Positions 37,491-50,940 of a DNA stretch of 64,000 bases are shown here, one piece after another (positions within the stretch are counted from its first letter, which is position 1; every line of letters begins with the position of its first letter). The translations under genes were made by a program, and so were the position numbers. The stretch is from assembly GCF_018350175.1 (NCBI RefSeq), contig NC_058368.1, forward strand, positions 73,596,001-73,660,000. Direction: 5' to 3'. Source of the DNA: Felis catus. Lineage: Eukaryota. The notes below the pieces were generated by a model. It was given only the letters and a program-made list of their open reading frames with translations. It was not told the DNA's origin and ran no database searches.

Positions 37491-38984
37491 GAGAAGAGTT
37501 ACTGATCTCATCAGTGTAGAAGTGTACCTGGGCAAGCACCCCTGTTTTCATCTACCATCACCACTTGCCGGATAAGGGAGATGTTGGCTTTGGTGAGAAT
37601 TTTTACCACAAATGAATTATTCTGGCAGTACAATATAGTATTTTTTTCTTTTTTCAAATTTGTGATGAAATTGTCATATTCTTCCATGAAATTGGCATAC
37701 TAATACCACCAAGTAGACAATGTCCATGAAGTAACTTGAAAAACTGGAAATCATCATCATCGCAAAAAATGATTTTAAAATAAAAGCGATCAGAAAATTT
37801 TGGGAGTAGGTGTGAAAGGAAGTGTACTTTCTCTTTTCTAATATGAACACAGACTCCTCGTGTTGAAATAGTGTGCTCAAGGCAGTAATGTTCACCCTTA
37901 GCCGTCAATCAGAGCCCTTGTGAAGCTGGAGAGAAATGCTGTTTCCTTGGCCCAGCCTCAACCCACTGGATAAGAACCCTGAGGGGCTGTGATGGGTGCA
38001 TTTTGGTGTAAAAATCTGTGTTTTTTTTTCAAAGCTCTCCACAGACTCTGTTGATTGGCCATTTGGGGGGAATTATTGGTTTGGTGTATTGACTAATCAT
38101 GCCCAGATTGTCCCTCTTCGGCTCTTGCTGCACTCTTCATGGCTTTTGAGTTACTGGATCACTTATGAATTTCAAGTTTTCTCATTGCATGTAATTGCTA
38201 GATAGAGAATTTTCCACATGAAAGCCTCCAACTGTATTGAAACCAACCCCAGGCATATCCTAAGATACATTTCCCCTGGAGCTCAGTCAATACAGATTAA
38301 TTAATTGTTTTTGGATGAAGGAAAACATACTACCTCACCTCAGCACTAGAATATTAATTGATCTAATCAATAGAAATTGGAATATTGCCATGTTAAACAC
38401 CAACTACATCCTTTGCTCAATGAGCCACAACACCACCATTTTCCAACATCCCAAGTTCAGTCTCCCAGAACAGGGGTTCTGCTTTTCACAAGGCTGTGGA
38501 CAGGTGTTATGTAGAAAGGAAGCCTCAGCAGTGAGTGAGATGCATCAAGCTAAAGGGAAAAATCAAGAGTGACTGCACAGGTCCCAAGGGTGGGCACTCT
38601 CCTGGGTTCTCTGTGCTTTCAGCAACATTTATTTCTACTCTGCATCAGTAAGGTGGATGGGGGAAAAACCTGACAACAATGACTAACTTCATAAAAAAAT
38701 GCCATTACATAAAATGGCATGTAATGTGTAAAGAGCACATGAGATTATCTCTGTATTATTGCTTACAACTTCCTGTGAATCCACAATTATCTCAAAATTA
38801 AAAATTAAACAAAGATGTATGTTAAGATGTAGTTATCTATACATGGTTGATGCACACAGAGGTTTTTGTCCTTTCCCTCCCTCATCCACCTTCTTCTATA
38901 TGTGGATATCGAGGATGCACGTGGAACGTCTTCCAATAGTGCATTGCTCAGATACAGGAGCATTGAGGGGCATATGAGTTGTCT

Positions 38985-39230
38985 AATAATAACAGCTGCC
39001 TTATATTGAGTTTCCTTGAGCCAGGGACTTTGCTAAGCTCTTTATGTTCATTATCCCACTTAATCCTTACAACAATCTTGTAGCTAAATAGTATTATCCT
39101 ATTTTACAGATGAGGAAATTAAAGTTTAGTGAGCTTAAGAGACTTGCCTAGGTCACAACAGGCTACAAACGGAGTAGGGATTTGAACTTAAGTCAAACAT
39201 TGAAGCCCATGCTTTCAGAGTTTTATCTAC
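38985..39230 (-). mobile_element. MIR SINE (others near 1455-1620, 8060-8180, 19560-19700, 19770-20020, 34140-34290, 48450-48590, 51725-51900, 60630-60800)
   Basis: MIR core cctattttacagatgaggaaattaaag...gacttgcctaggtcaca...ggatttgaac. Confidence 0.8.
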
Positions 39231-39399
39231 TACCCCATCTGTAAGGTAATGGGAATCATACCTACTGACATCAAATCAGATAAAGTGATGCTTATTGAAC
39301 TGCTTTAGAAGAAACTATTGGTTCCAGAAATGATTCAGAATTCTCATGCAAAAACAATTTTTTTTAAGTATATTAGAACTAACCAAATATATAAACTAT

Positions 39400-40080
39400 T
39401 AGAAACCTGGAATTTCAAGCTACCTTGGAGATTAGGAGTTCGACCTCTTATTTAGTGCAAAATAGTCTTCTAAAGTATTGCTAACAGATGGTGAATGAAA
39501 ATTTTTTCAGGGAGGGGACCCCTATCGCTGACAAGGCAGTATATTCTAATTATAAGAAAGTACTTCCTTATATGGAATGGAAATTTGCTTGCCTCCTTAT
39601 ATCCAACAAAAAAAGAAGCCTTTCCTAAACAAAACAAACATTTTCTACAAAACTATAATGAGAAGAATAGAAGACAGTCTGTCTTTTTCAGGCTAAACAT
39701 CTCTAGTCCTTTTTCAATCATTTGTCATTTGACATTACTTTGAGAATCTTGATTATATCCCTTATACATACTCTAGTCACTCAATACCTCCTTTTAAATT
39801 GTGGTCCTCTGGGGCACCTGGGTGGCTCAGTAGGTTAAGGGTCTAACCCTTGATTTCGGCTCAGGTCATGATCTCACAGTCCTGAGATCAAGCCCTGAGT
39901 TGGGTTCTGCACTGACAGTGAAGAGCCTGCTTGGGATTCTCCCTCGCTCTCTCTCTGTCCCTCCCCTGCCTGCTCTCTCTCAAATAAACTTAAAAAAACA
40001 AAACAAAACAAAAACCAAGCTGTGGCCCCCCAAACTTGAGGCAGTACTGCAGAGGTGGCCTGACCAAGATGGAGAGCACT
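39400..40080 (-). mobile_element. Ancient CR1/L3 LINE remnant split by a CanSINE
   Basis: ttttcaggctaaacatctctagtcc...ctcaatacctccttttaaattgtgg [SINE] cccaaacttgaggcagtactgcagaggtggcctgacca resembles reversed L3 ORF2. Confidence 0.55.
39811..40015 (+). mobile_element. CanSINE
   Basis: GGGGCACCTGGGTGGCTCAG head; (AAAAC)n tail. Confidence 0.9.
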
Positions 40081-40605
40081 TTTTCTGAACATACTTAATA
40101 TTTTACCCACGGAATATAAGTGGGGATGGAGAAATGTTCCTTCTAGAATCTGGCTCTGGTGTATAGGAAATACAGTACTGGAAGGCATTGGTGTACGTGC
40201 CTGGGTCTACCCAGGAGAGGTGATACCCGGGGTTTCCTGTGGAAATACCCTCTATAAACTCGAAGAATTATTTGCTTTGCAGTATCAGAGTCCAGTGTTT
40301 CCATTTTGGTAACTGACGAAATTACCCAAACCAATGCAAGAGTTGAGTAATGGATAAGAAGGAGTGGTCATCATCCTGGAGTAGCTGGGAAATTGTAGGT
40401 ACCTACCTGAACTTGGCTCCCAAATGAAGGGTCAAAGAAGGGACCCGATCTTTATATTTGACATTAGGTATTTTTCCTGTGTCTGTCTGTCTACTTATAG
40501 ATACATATAGATATATTTAGGAAATTTGAAAGCCACATTCAATATTTTCTTAAAACTATGTTTTCTTCAGAAAGCTAAAGTCACAATAATAAACCTGCTT
40601 TGGCA

Positions 40606-40827
40606 CTTTCTTTTTGTTTTTCTTTTTAAAAAAAGGTTTATTTATTTATTTTCAGAGAGTCAGAGAGAGTGGGAGAGGGGCAGAAAAAGAGGGAGAAAGA
40701 GAATCCCAAGCAGGCTCCACACTGTCAGTGCAGAGTGTGACGCAGGACTCCATCCCACAAACTGAGATCATGGCCTGAGCCGAAATCAAGAGTTGGATGC
40801 TTAACCCACTGAGCCATCCAAGCACCC
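40606..40827 (-). mobile_element. CanSINE
   Basis: Typical body and T-tail. Confidence 0.88.
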
Positions 40828-43766
40828 TGGGACTTTCTTTTTAAAAAGAAATCCTGCTTACCATTCAACACAGATTGATCATTGCAAAATAGCATAGAGA
40901 CAGAGACCATATTGACCACTAGAGTTGGCATATTTATGTCAACTTTTTATTTGAGTTGAATTTTCTGTTGAATAGACATGAACCATAATATTGGTATAAA
41001 AAATGTCATGTTTCTCACTTTAAAAAAAGAAAGATTACGAACAAATTGGTCTTCTTCAATCTCCAGGGTTAATGGAAGAATATTAGTCTTATTATGGCTC
41101 TCCTCTTTGGATTGTCCAAGAACTCCAGAGGCTTGCTTGATTTTGCAAAGCTGGGAGAGGGTTCTGATTCTCCTGATGGGCCTCAGCAGTGACTGGCTCT
41201 CCCAGGAGTCACAGAAACCCTCGCCAGCATTCCCAGGGGGTCTTTGTTCCACGTCCAGTTTTTACAGGTCCCTTTCGTAGCTATATTTCTATTGACCAAG
41301 TAGCTTTCCAGCAGAGCATAGGTCCCCATGACGTCACTGGGGAGAAGTGAAGTTATTTTCTAACTTCAGTTTCTTCTAGAGAAATTATTTGTCTTGTTGA
41401 TCCTCTTACCACACCATCTTGTTTTAAACTATTTCAAGTCTTTCATGGAAATAGGCACATGTAGGTGTGAAGCCTTGAATCTACTTAATTTTCTCAACAA
41501 TGCTCAGCATCATCAAATGAAAATGGTCACTTAGGTGAAAAGTCTTTAACAGATACAACTTCCCTCCTTTGTCTTGGTCAGCGTCTTCATGCATGTCATT
41601 TTCTTTTTTATTAGAAGTTGTTGGTATGTCAAAAGACCTCCACATTTTTTGTTTTCCTTTGATAGCAACTTAAAATGAATTCTCTAGGTTTTTGTGCCTT
41701 ATCATTTTGATAGGCTCCAGCTTTGTTATTGGCTTAAAAAGACAGTTCTTTCAGAATCCTTGTTTTTGTTCACCGAAGAAACACACAAAGACACTAATAA
41801 GCCGATTTGGAATTTTAATAGACTAGCAGCAATACAACCAGGTAGCTGTGATTCTGTGTCAGGTAGTCTGTTGTACTGGGAGTTAGATCCTTAAAATGTT
41901 TCATGCAGGGCTCAGAAAGAGTAAATTGTTTGCCACTAACAAATCCTGTGCAGGTAGAACTGAGTGGGGGGGATGGCATCTGTGGTCTTCTGTTAGGCTC
42001 TCTGTGGGCTGCTCAGTTTGGTACCTCTCATTTCCGTTTTCTTTACAGTCTGTGTAAGAGAGTTCATCGGAAAAGCTCTTCCTGAATGTGAAAGCAAAGT
42101 ACAGATGCCAGGCACAATTCATGTGGGATTTAAATTCGCTCATGCTTCAGATCATCTTTGGTATGTTTCAGAGAGCAAATTGGAGAGAAAAAAGAACACA
42201 GCTTTGCAGAGGCAGAGTAGGTTATGAATAGTTGATTTGATCAACTGTCCTGATAGGAGTTACTAAGCCCTACAATGAGAAAAATTAAGTTCTTCACTGT
42301 GAGTCTAGGTAAAACAATTTAGTAGCTCAGTTGATGTGAATTACGAATTTAAGTCAACAAAAGTAAAAATGAAGATTTTCTTTGCAAACAGGGATTTACT
42401 CACACATATCCATTACTTGGTAAACTATAGATTTGGAAAACAGGACAAGGATATATGATTTTGCACAAGAGCAGAGTGGGCAAATTATAATGACTTTGAG
42501 AACCTTATTAAAATGTTTTCTGACTTTCCTGTGTTTACATTTGTAACATGAACATTGTTAACAAACGCTTTATCCTTAATTTCCTGGGATTGTGGAGAAA
42601 AGAGTAGGAGCAGAATGTAAACCTTTGCTAGAACCAGTTAGGAAGTAGTAATAATTTTACTCTACAGTTTTGATAAAGATTAAAAACCCAATGAACTAGC
42701 TTATTGTGCAAAATCATACTTATGTGGCTTATAACTTAAAAAAAAAAAGTACCTCTTCCATTTGGGATTGAGTAGAGCTCCTGAATTGTGGAGTACTTGT
42801 TAACTTCTGTGTGAATTGAAAAATTTACCTGGTTTTGAGTATTTAAAATGCCTGAGGGGAAGCTTGGGAAAATGTGATTTTCAGGTGCATTTTGCAACAG
42901 GGAAGAGACTATTTGCATCGCTGTGTCCATCCATCTGTCCGAGTGTTTGAAAGTGTGTGCTGTGCGCGCCAAAGGCAAAATGAATAATGGACAGGCCTGG
43001 ATCCCCGAAGGAGCGGGGGTGTGCAGAGCAGGCAAACGTGTGCGAGGCTGAGGGAGGGACCTGCTGCCTCCCTTGTCTGTCTCCTATGCGCATAAAATGT
43101 GGTTCACCTTTGCACCTTGTTCACTGTTTCCAGACCTCAGGCAGCTACACAGATTTCTGAGCTCCAACTTTAATAGGAAAACTAATGCACACTCTTCTCA
43201 GATGAGATAAAACTGAGACTGCATTTAAAATCAGGAGGTTCAGAGTGAATGAACATGGGGTTTTATCACTGAAACACGTTCTTGTCCTTAACTCCAAATG
43301 TCGCATTTGCCTTCTTATAAACTGTAGGAACGGGACGCACAAATGGTGCCTTTCTTAAACTGTAATATTTTAAGATAATACTTCCCTTGATCTCTACGAG
43401 GCTCATCTGGGTTAAAGTATTTTTTTGCTCTTTTTCTGGCACTGATAGGAAACATGCCATTTGTTCGTGCCTTTAAACATATAGTAGTTCGACACAGTGA
43501 GGGAAATTTTGAGACTTTTTTGAGGGCCAAGTGCTTCTTTTTTGGAACTACACATAGGGGTTTTGGTCTTCTTCTGGTAAGCATTTCTTCAACCACCCAT
43601 CTTCCCTCTAGAAACCTCAGAGTTCTCTTCAAGTCCATTTTCTCTCTTAACTTGTGGGGCATTTAGTCATCAAGGCTCATCAGTTTTAGCCCCTAAACAT
43701 TGCCCTTGAAATAGCAGTCTCCCTGACTTTACTTTTCTTGTACTCCAGAAGATTTCCTCCACTGTG

Positions 43767-43768
<2 letters not shown>

Positions 43769-43818
<50 letters not shown>
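43769..43818. repeat. (GT)n microsatellite, about 25 units
   Basis: Directly visible. Confidence 0.97.
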
Positions 43819-43820
<2 letters not shown>

Positions 43821-46777
43821 AAACAGAATCTTGCAGTATCTCTCTGCAAACATTCATTCATTCTGAGCGCCCACGAAGCTACTGGGGGAGTGAGGGAGGA
43901 ACAAAAGGGACACTGACCAAACTGAGTGAATTGTCCTCCCGCTGATGTGATCGGGTCGCTTCCCCACTTGACTCTTTTCATGTGTGCCTGCTGCTTACAG
44001 ACCAGATTTGTTTCCGGGTAGCACACAGGCCCCTGTCAGACTTTCTCAGGCAAGCTCTCTGAGTTTGCACCCACTTCTTTCCCTTCTCCTTCTCCCCTCC
44101 TGCCTCCTTTCTTCTCTGCCCCATTCCCTTTCCCTTCTGGACAACTGTTCACTCTTGCTAGGGTCACTGTGACCTCTCACAGTCCACTGCTCAGTCTTCT
44201 GCCTGCTCTCAGCCCGGAGCACCGTTTCCTTTCCCATCTTGGTTTTCTGCTCCCTCTCTAAAGACCCAGCTCCAAGGTCCCTCCTGTATCAACTCCCCAG
44301 GGCTGGGAGCCCCTTCCCTCCCTCTCCTGGTGCCACCCAGGATAGGTAGGTCACTTGCTTTGCCATTATTTGTTTCCATCTCTGCTCTCTCAACTGGACT
44401 GGATGCTAAACTCAGGCAGAGTTGATGCTTTTCATCTCTGCTTAAGTGCCTACCACAGGGTCTGCCACATCATAAGCATGAAGGAAGGTTTGTTGATTGA
44501 ATAAACGAAAGCACATCACCCCTCGAGCTAGTGTTACACGTTTCTCATTTTGCTCCAGGCACTTTAATTCTGGACTCTGGCCAAGAGCATCAATTTGGCT
44601 GAATGGAATGAAGTCAATTAGTTGCCATAAAATGCACTCCTTTATTAGATTTTTATGTGGCCATCCAGGTATTTATCCACTCTTTCATATCACAAACAGT
44701 ATTGCACACTTTCTATTGCCTGGTGTTTTGCCAGGCTTTGAGATAGAATGAGGTTCAGACCAGGCACCTCATTAACTTCATTTTGAATTGTTTCTAGGGA
44801 AAGAAAAGAGGACTCATCAGAACAACTTTGGTTCCTTGCATGCTTCTGGCAGTTTCACTTTTGGGCTAATCTTTCAAGTCCAACCAACACTTGAGTGAGT
44901 TGAGGGTAGGGCGGTTGACACACGGATCTAGTTATGAACAATCTTGATAGGTTCCTCTTGGGCTTGGCTAATGCCTGGGCTCTCGCATCTCTGCAAGGCT
45001 GAGTTATTTCCAGGTCAACCATGTCTTGGTTCTTTTCCCCAAGTGAATGCTTCAAAATCTAGGTGAGAAGTGTTTTCTAGGCAATGCAAAGGCAGAAACG
45101 GAATCATTTTTTTGTTGAATTTCAGATTCATTCTTGAGCATGAAGACAGAAAGAAGGCCGTTGGCTTCTATGCTGATATTCTAGTTTACTTGTGATTTTG
45201 TTAATCAGATGCTCACTCCGCTTTCTATATTCCTCTCTGCTCAGCCTTCAGAATAGTGCTGGCATCTGAGTTAAGTAAACGGGAGGAGCAAGTTTTATAA
45301 AGTGGCAGAAAGCCAACATTCCTTTGCCTTCTGTTGTCTTGAAAGTGATGCCAAGTCATGTGGTGGCTACTTGTAGCAGAGGAAAAGATTATTAATTGTT
45401 CCCTGACAGTTCTCTCAAGGATTTCTCAAACCGCTGACTTAAAGTAGCTAGGGTAAAGGTATTCGAATGACAAACACAAAGGCGCTTAGCAGAATTAATA
45501 TTCTATAAAGAGAGACTTTTGCACTGGCCTCATTTTACTCATCTTCACTTCATCCCCCTCCTCTCTCAGGAAGCAGGTAGGACGAACAGACAGAGAAGGA
45601 AAGCTGAGACAAATGACACCGTCTCTTCCCAGCCATCGAGTGACCCGGGTGTGCACCGTAATGAGCACAGACAGTGTGTGGGCTCTGTGGTAAGGGCGAG
45701 GAAAATGCTGACAGAGCACCTGCTTTGATTGGATTTATAGTATTATAGGAAGAAACTGAAAGCAAGAGGGAGAGATAGGAAGGGGTGAGGTAATATGGGG
45801 TGGAGAGGGGAGACCTATTTATGGCTGTTCCGTGGTCATAACTCAGCAGTTTTGTTTTGCCCACTCGGTGAACTGACCTTCCCCAATACTCTTGTTTGAC
45901 AGCCTCAGAGAATAAATTCCCCCTGAATCCAGCTTCTAGGCCGGGCAGAGGTGGCAGGGACGGAGCAGCGCCACATAGAGCCAATAAGTTCACTTCCAGA
46001 GGCGAAAGGGTAATTCGTCCTGCCTGCTCACTCCATCACTGACCTTTCAGTTCGACTGCTGCCCAGGGTACCAATTAGTGCTAATTGCTGCCGATGGTGG
46101 TGCAAGATCCTGTGACAAGTCTCTGCTAAGAAGAGGGCTGAGACCCCTAACTCATTTCGTATAGAGTATGCCCATGAGAGGAGGTACTTTGGGATAATAC
46201 AGCAATAAGGCTGGGCTGGGGGAAAAGAAGATCATTACCAAGAGCACAGTGGTTTTCAACAGGCCTGTCTCATTATGGTACATTAACAGCTACTGAAATC
46301 ATGCTTTAATTAATTTTCCCAGAAAGAGGAGTTTTGCTACTTCTTATCCAGATCTTACTTTGATGTGGAAGGACCCAAAAGTATCCCCAAAGTAAGAGCC
46401 AATCTAATTACGTCTGGGGTAAAAATTCAGGGCTTCACCTCCGCCTAGCAAAAGCAGCAGGAGATCCTATGCCCGGCAAAATAAATGTTTAACAGACTTG
46501 CTAGAATGTGTCAAAGTTTCCTGAATAAAGTTGAATAAGCATTGCTCTTAGGATCTTTCAATGTGATGGATAAGAAAATATCAGTGTAACGAAGTAGGTC
46601 TCCTTATATCAATCACTGCAATTAGCCATATCACTGCAAGTGGCAACTCCTCTCAAAGGCTATTGGTGGCCCCAATGTCATATTTTTAAATTAATATAAA
46701 AGGAGCTGCTTTGTATTAGCCAAGAAAAAGTTGAGAGTTTTCAGATTTGACCATTATACTGCTGTAAAAGGCAGTTT

Positions 46778-46781
<4 letters not shown>

Positions 46782-46819
<38 letters not shown>

Positions 46820-46827
46820 TACACACA
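46782..46827. repeat. (CA)n microsatellite
   Basis: Directly visible. Confidence 0.95.
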
Positions 46828-46865
46828 GTTAGCCGGAGTATGCTTCAACAATTGCCAATTGCCAG

Positions 46866-46875
46866 CTATAAATAG
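46866..46875. promoter_or_regulatory. Consensus MEF2 site
   Basis: CTATAAATAG within AGCTATAAATAGCT. Confidence 0.4.
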
Positions 46876-47417
46876 CTTTCCCATTCGAAACAAAGCCTCA
46901 TCTTTCAAATTGCTACTTTCTTAAGCAAAGAAAAAAAATGGTGCACTTCTTTCAGCACATACCAGCTGTTCCAGATGTTATGATTACACATCTAGGACCA
47001 CATTCTGCACTAAAAATATATACAGGAGATTGACTTCTAATCTCTTTAGTAAAGTAACATCATAAATTATAATGCTTACTCCATAGTTATGTTCTACAAG
47101 TGTTTGTTAGTGGTTTGTAAGGGGAAAGATACCTTGATTCTCACAATTTCCATGAAACCTATTAGAATTAATAATAAATTTCACTAATAAGATTATAACC
47201 TCGTCTATTAATTTAATTCAGACTTTGTTTTTACTTACAATAAAAAAGAATAAGAGATCCTGTTGATATTTTATTTGTAGAAACAGAAAAATTGCTAAAT
47301 TGAATAACAGATGCTTTTAAGAGTAGGACTGGAAAGAATTTGGTAAGAGATTGAGAAGTAGAAGACTGGAGGATTTTCTGGAAGAGCCGGGTAGATCTTG
47401 AGAGGCTATAGGCTCAA

Positions 47418-47449
47418 GCAGTTCCAGTACTGGCCACCAGATGGCGGTA
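47418..47449 (+). promoter_or_regulatory. CTCF site, core plus upstream motif
   Basis: GCAGTTCC-agtac-TGGCCACCAGATGGCGGTA: near-consensus core with an upstream GCAGTTCC module at the expected spacing. Confidence 0.75.
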
Positions 47450-48609
47450 TGAGACCAGAGCTTTCTGTATAGACAGCCTGATGCTAGTATGGTCTGTGTT
47501 GGTGGCAACAGCAGTTTCTGGGCAGATTGGGGACCAAGCAGAAAGTATGCAAGTGTCCCCCTTTTGTTTTCGCTGCATCTCCTCAAACAGTCCTCCATCT
47601 CAGAGATCGATAAGAATGGAACTCAAGATGAGGACATTTTCTTGCTCAAAACTTTCCGGTGGCTTCCCTGCTCCAGTAGAATAAACTCTGGACCCCTTAC
47701 CCTGGTTTACAAAGGCCTACAAAATACAGACCTGACCTTACCAGTCCCCTGCTCTGACTACATTCTAGACACACTAGCTGCTGCACTTTTTGAAAGAACA
47801 AAACCTGCTCCCCAAGAACCTTTGCAGCCATTGTCCTATTTGCCTGGTTGCTCTTACTTATATCTTCAAATAGCTGGTTCCCTCTTTTCAAATCTCAGCT
47901 CAGTCACTACAGAGCAAGTCCTTTAAATGCAAAGTATTAACTCAACGGCTTTCCAAAATGCATCCATTTAGTTTGTTTCTGACTAAGCCTTAATCATAAT
48001 CTATTTCCTCTCTGCTCCCTTCTTTCCTTCCTTATCTGGTAGATGATCTATTTATTGTTGGTTCCTCCCCACTGCAATGCAAACCCTGTAAGAGCAGGAA
48101 CTCTGCATCATTCATTTCTATTTATCTCATCTTTAGAACAGTGGCTATTCTTGTATAGAGAATGAATGAATGAATGGGTGTTTGAGATATTTATAGTTGG
48201 GCATTCATAGCCCAAGGAATACTAGCATTTGGACAACTCCTTAGAATAAAATTTATCATAACTGACTTAACTTTCAATGTTTTTAATCTATATTTTTAAG
48301 TTTTAAAGTTTTTCCATCTATATTTTGTAAACATTTTTTAAATCAAATATTCACTGAGCAGACCTTGTGATAGGTAGTGGGGAAAATCCAGAGCTGAATG
48401 CTGTAACAAAAGTTATGTTTTTGGAGCTTACAGTGTTATATACATATTATCTGATTTGCTACTTGCAACCCTACTGTGGGATGGGTGCTTTACTCCTTAA
48501 TTGCATTTTACAGACTAGGAAACTAAATTTAGTTAAGTAATTCACTCAAGATACATGTCTATTCAGTTATAGAACCAGGACTCAAACCTGTTAGAAAACA
48601 GTAAGTCCT

Positions 48610-48835
48610 GGAATGCCTGGGTGGCTCAGTCGGTTAAGTGTCTAACTTCAGCTCAGGTCATGATCTCACAGTTCATGAGTTCAAGCCCCACATCAGGCTT
48701 TGTGCTGACAGCTCGGAGCCTGGAGCCTGCTTCGGGTTCTGTGTCTCCCTCTTTCTCTGTCCTTCCCCTATTCGTGCTCTGTCTGCCTAAAAAATAAATA
48801 AACATTAAAAAAAATTCAACAACAACAACAACAAC
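48610..48835 (+). mobile_element. CanSINE
   Basis: TSD CAGTAAGTCCTG; (AAC)n tail. Confidence 0.9.
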
Positions 48836-48899
48836 CAGTAAGTCCTGAGGAGTGAGCAAAGAAGATAGAGGGGTTAGATTCCATACACATCATGGAGGT

Positions 48900-50940
48900 G
48901 TAGAAGTACCAGACAACAAGTACAGAAAACTTAAAGGCAGAAAACAAATGATCAGAATGAGAACAAGACTCTCACAATGATCCAGAATTATTTGACAAAG
49001 AACCAAATAGAATTTCTAGAAATGAAAGAATATAGTCATCAGAATAAAAACCTCAGCAGGTAAGATAAATAAAGTGCAATAGAGCTAAAGAACGGTAGTG
49101 ATCAGATGAAGAGAGAATTCGTGAACTAGAAGCTTGATCTGAAATTATCAAGCATATAGCACAGAAAGAGTAGGACGTGGAAGTTTGTTAAGGGAAGTTT
49201 AGAGATGCAGAGGATAGAACTGGAAGGTCCAGCATGTTTCTAGTAGAAGTTCCAGAGTGAAAAAAGAAAACAAGAGCAGAAGGAGATTCTTGAAGATTTG
49301 ATGACCGCAACTCTGGAAAAATTGACTAAAGACATGTGTCTTCAGATTAGGAAATTCACTGTGTCCAGAGCTGAATAAGGAAAATGAATCCACACCGAAA
49401 CATATCCTGATGAAATTTTGAAACACCAAAGGCAAACAGATCTTAAAAGCAACCAGACAAAAACCATTGCTCAACTATAAAAGAATAACTGAAAAGCTGA
49501 TGAGAGACTTATCATCAGCAGATATAGATGCTAGAATATAACGGAATGATATTTTTCGAGGTGCCAAGGGAAAATAGTGGCTAGCAAAAACCCTGTACCA
49601 GTTAATCTATATCTCAAGGGGCAGGGCAAAATAAAGACATTTAGAAGTAAAGAAAGACGGAGTCGGGTGCCACCATCAAAACTGTTGATGAAAAACATTG
49701 ACATTAATTTACTCCAGGAAGAAGGGAATGGAAGCCAGAAGGAAGTAGCGAGGAGTGTAAGAAAGAATGCTGAGCATGTGGGTAAATGTGCATAAGCAAC
49801 ACGAGCAGAGATGAATTTGAAGGGTGGTAAAATCAGGATGGAATGAAATTACTGCACAATCCTAATACAAAAGGTGGGGAGGGAGTGTCCGCACTTAAGT
49901 CATTCCAAGGTTGTCTGATGTTGAAAACATTGATTATCTTTGGGCCTTCAGAATGCTTTTGACTATGCTGAGGCAACATATAAGCCCTGAAATTTCAAAG
50001 TGATTTCCTCTGAAGCGATGACGCGGCACGTCGGACTTCTTCCACTTGGGGACACCACTGCCTTTAGCACACGGCTTCTCTGCACACTGAGGACAGGAAG
50101 GAGGGTGGAGTGTCACACAGGAGGAGTATGGCCAGGCTTGGAAGTGGGCTACCCCCTTCTGCCCTTACACTAGACACCATTCCTGTTATCCCAGTTAGCT
50201 GCCCTAGTTCTGGGTACCCAGAGGCAGGGAGAGCTTTTCAAAATACTAAAACACAAAACACCGAAAGGATAGAAACAGAACTTGTAAGTTCCAAGGAGAG
50301 GAGAGAAAAAGAATAAATAAAGCTTGATAAAAACAATACAAAACTGAAAAGGAGGAAAAAAATGAAGAAAAAAAGTGGAAAAGAAAACATACCAGTAAGG
50401 TAGCAGCAGTAAGCACAATAAATATAATTGCATTAAATTTACCACTTTTTATCCAGGGATTATCGGGATGGATTGAAAATTCTTTACAGTCAAAAGGCAA
50501 AAATAAAAACACCAAGCTAGCTGTATATAATTTACAAGGGTAATGTCTAAATATAAGGCCATAGCAATTGGAACTGAAAGAGTAGAGAGCGATATACCAG
50601 CTAAATAGTAACAGAAAAAAAGCTAGTTTAGCTGTATTAATAGCAAGAGACATGGGCCTTAAGGCAAAAAGCATTGTTAAGGCTAAAGAGGATTACAACA
50701 TTTTGACAAAAGGAATAATTCAGGAGGGAAATTTGAGAACCTAACAACTCAAAACTTGTAAATCACCTAATAATGCAGCTTATATTTAGACAGCAAAAAC
50801 TGACATAAATACAAGGCAAAAGTGACAAGCCCACCATCATAGTGGGAGATCTGTAGCACGCTCCTGTCCGTAATTGGTTCGTGCAAAATAAAAATGGGTA
50901 AGGTTGTAGCAACAAACAACAACCTAAAAAGCTTGATCTA
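48900..50940 (+). mobile_element. Ancient degraded L1 (ORF1 and start of ORF2 endonuclease region)
   Basis: A-rich + strand with L1-like remnants (atagaatttctagaaatgaaa; cacaccgaaacatatcctgatgaaatt; gctgtattaata; catcatagtgggagat). No intact ORF. Confidence 0.65.

Noticed and set aside
39811..39900. tRNA-like A/B box sequences (also in the other SINE heads)
   Set aside because: These are CanSINE tRNA-derived heads, not tRNA genes.
43145..43666. Cluster of 65-115 aa ORFs, including a basic 115-aa one
   Set aside because: No recognisable domain or splice structure, and overlapping ORFs on both strands suggest chance.
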